35,722 bases of DNA from positions 1 to 35,722 of the IMG/VR virus record IMGVR_UViG_3300020045_000192, one strand, 5' to 3'. The stretch's first letter is position 1. Each line of letters opens with the position of its first letter. The position numbers and the translations under genes are program-made. The notes beneath the pieces were generated by a model, which saw nothing but the letters and a program-made list of their open reading frames with translations, did no database searches and was not told the DNA's origin. The stretch comes from a virus. Taxonomy: Duplodnaviria; Caudoviricetes. Below are positions 34,422 through 35,722 of the stretch, piece after piece.

Positions 34422-35318
34422 TTACCGAATTTTTCCCGCTTTGCGAAGTTCTTTCCACTGCGCTGCTGTTCCAAAAAAGACCCCATTGGAATCTAATGGC
34501 ACATCAGGTGTGTTCTTACCCCCGCGAATCGGTTGAATCGGTGCTGGTGCTTTACTTCTAACAATCGGGGCTGGCTTCTCTGCTTCGGGCTTTGCCTCAA
34601 AACGAGCTTCCAACTTCCCAATCTCTCGCAACGCTTGCTTTGGCGACAAACCAGCGATTTTCTTTGCGACTTCATCGTTCTCAGCTAGGTGATACAGGAT
34701 TTGTGGGCCTACGTCACTCTCCAGAATGGCATCACGAATGTCGTCATTTACGACCACATCACTTGACGCAACAATGTCATCAAAATCAGGCAAAGATGCT
34801 TTGGCTGCTTCCACTTTGCTAGTCCATTGGGTAATTACCTTCTGGCGTTGCTCGGCTTCTTTAGCCTGTGCTTCTTCACGCTTCATATCAGCAATGCGCT
34901 TGTCGGCTGTGTACTCGGCAAGAGCTTCAGCATATTCAAACGCATCACTGAACTGGCTAGGTTGCGGCTTTTCGTCAACAAACTCTGCCTTTGTGGGCTG
35001 TTGTTTGCCTTCTAAAGCTGCCAAACGCGCTTCTAGAGCTTGCCTTGCTTCACGTTCTTGTTGCGCTTCTTTACGCGCTTCTTCACGTTGCTTAGTAATC
35101 TCAGAAAAACGGCGCTCAAGTTTAGGATTTTGCTTGCGCTCACCCTCTTGTTTTGCTTCGGCTTCTGCTTCTTCAGGTTCACTCTGTTCAACTGCTTCTG
35201 TCGGCTCCGATTGCTCGGCCTCGGCAGGAGCTGGTGATTCAGCTAAACCTAATCTGTTTGCATAAAATTCCGCTGCGTTTTCGCTGGTCAAAACTTGACC
35301 TGCATTTTTTTCAGACAT
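34422..35318 (-). CDS. Scaffolding protein
   Basis: Acidic coiled coil between portal and coat; GPQILYHLA.N; SKAPAPI.P. Confidence 0.8.
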   Translation of the reverse strand: MSEKNAGQVLTSENAAEFYANRLGLAESPAPAEAEQSEPTEAVEQSEPEEAEAEAKQEGERKQNPKLERRFSEITKQREEARKEAQQEREARQALEARLAALEGKQQPTKAEFVDEKPQPSQFSDAFEYAEALAEYTADKRIADMKREEAQAKEAEQRQKVITQWTSKVEAAKASLPDFDDIVASSDVVVNDDIRDAILESDVGPQILYHLAENDEVAKKIAGLSPKQALREIGKLEARFEAKPEAEKPAPIVRSKAPAPIQPIRGGKNTPDVPLDSNGVFFGTAAQWKELRKAGKIR

Positions 35319-35335
35319 TACGTGTCCCTACGAAT

Positions 35336-35360
35336 TTGCCCCGTGAACCTCACGGGTAAG
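35336..35360 (-). promoter_or_regulatory. Hairpin in the scaffold leader
   Basis: CCCGTGA-GGT-TCACGGG just upstream of the AGGGA RBS. Confidence 0.45.
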
Positions 35361-35383
35361 GTTGTGGTTAATCTACCACAGAA

Positions 35384-35722
35384 TCATTGTCCCATCAAGG
35401 GGTTTTGTTCATTGTCAATGTCCGACACTGCAAATTGCGCCGCTTGCAGTTGGTCTGCGTTACGAGCTTCAATTTCTTTGACCAATCGGCCTGTGTCCAT
35501 GTGATGAATGAGCAACTGCACAATCGCATCCAGCTCAGTCTTGTTCTGGCTTGTGATGGCGCGTGTGTTCTGGTCATTGACCTTAACTTCAGCCATTGTT
35601 TCAGTGTTGTGAGCGCGTGAAGTCACATCCATCAGCTTGCGCTTGTTGTTGCCTTCTTCCTTGATTTGAGCCACAGACTGACCATACTTCAGGTCAAGCT
35701 GCATTGCTTCCATCTGTTTCTG
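35384..35722 (-). CDS. Portal protein C-terminal fragment (partial)
   Basis: Frame open from the window edge; coiled-coil; precedes the scaffold gene as in P22 order. Confidence 0.8.
   Translation of the reverse strand, partial: QKQMEAMQLDLKYGQSVAQIKEEGNNKRKLMDVTSRAHNTETMAEVKVNDQNTRAITSQNKTELDAIVQLLIHHMDTGRLVKEIEARNADQLQAAQFAVSDIDNEQNPLMGQ

Noticed and set aside
33294-35265. Long plus-strand ORFs opposite the coat and scaffold genes (and similar ones elsewhere)
   Set aside because: Antisense shadows of codon-biased genes, with no RBS or protein motifs
1-35722. Integrase, CI repressor, CRISPR array, alternative genetic code
   Set aside because: None seen; genes are intact and tightly coupled under the standard code

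Overview
The window is a near-complete, circularly permuted genome of a short-tailed (P22-like structural module) dsDNA phage. The contig break falls inside the portal gene: its N-terminal ~400 codons are at 1308->105 and its C-terminus is at 35722->35384. The minus strand carries a lambdoid-type early arm (Cro-like, MazG, DUF1376 initiator with internal iterons, VRR-NUC, NinB, HNH) and the late module (GroES, terS, tRNA-Asn, terL, portal, scaffold, coat, glycosyltransferase, fibres, gp4/gp10-like proteins, ejection proteins, GH19 lysis cassette). The plus strand carries a recombination arm (ERF, HNH, YqaJ, Acb2-like, SSB-like). No integrase or CI repressor is visible. Highlights: two c4-like three-way-junction RNAs whose loops are complementary to the downstream translation-initiation regions; a loop-E-containing ncRNA candidate; a probable Acb2/Vs.4-like nucleotide sponge; a split modular fibre system with a shared C-terminal motif; one beta-module inserted in both gp4 and gp10; and several micro-ORFs missing from the ORF track. 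Bases 1-104 are probably an inversion chimera. All family calls come from motif recognition by eye, not from database searches.
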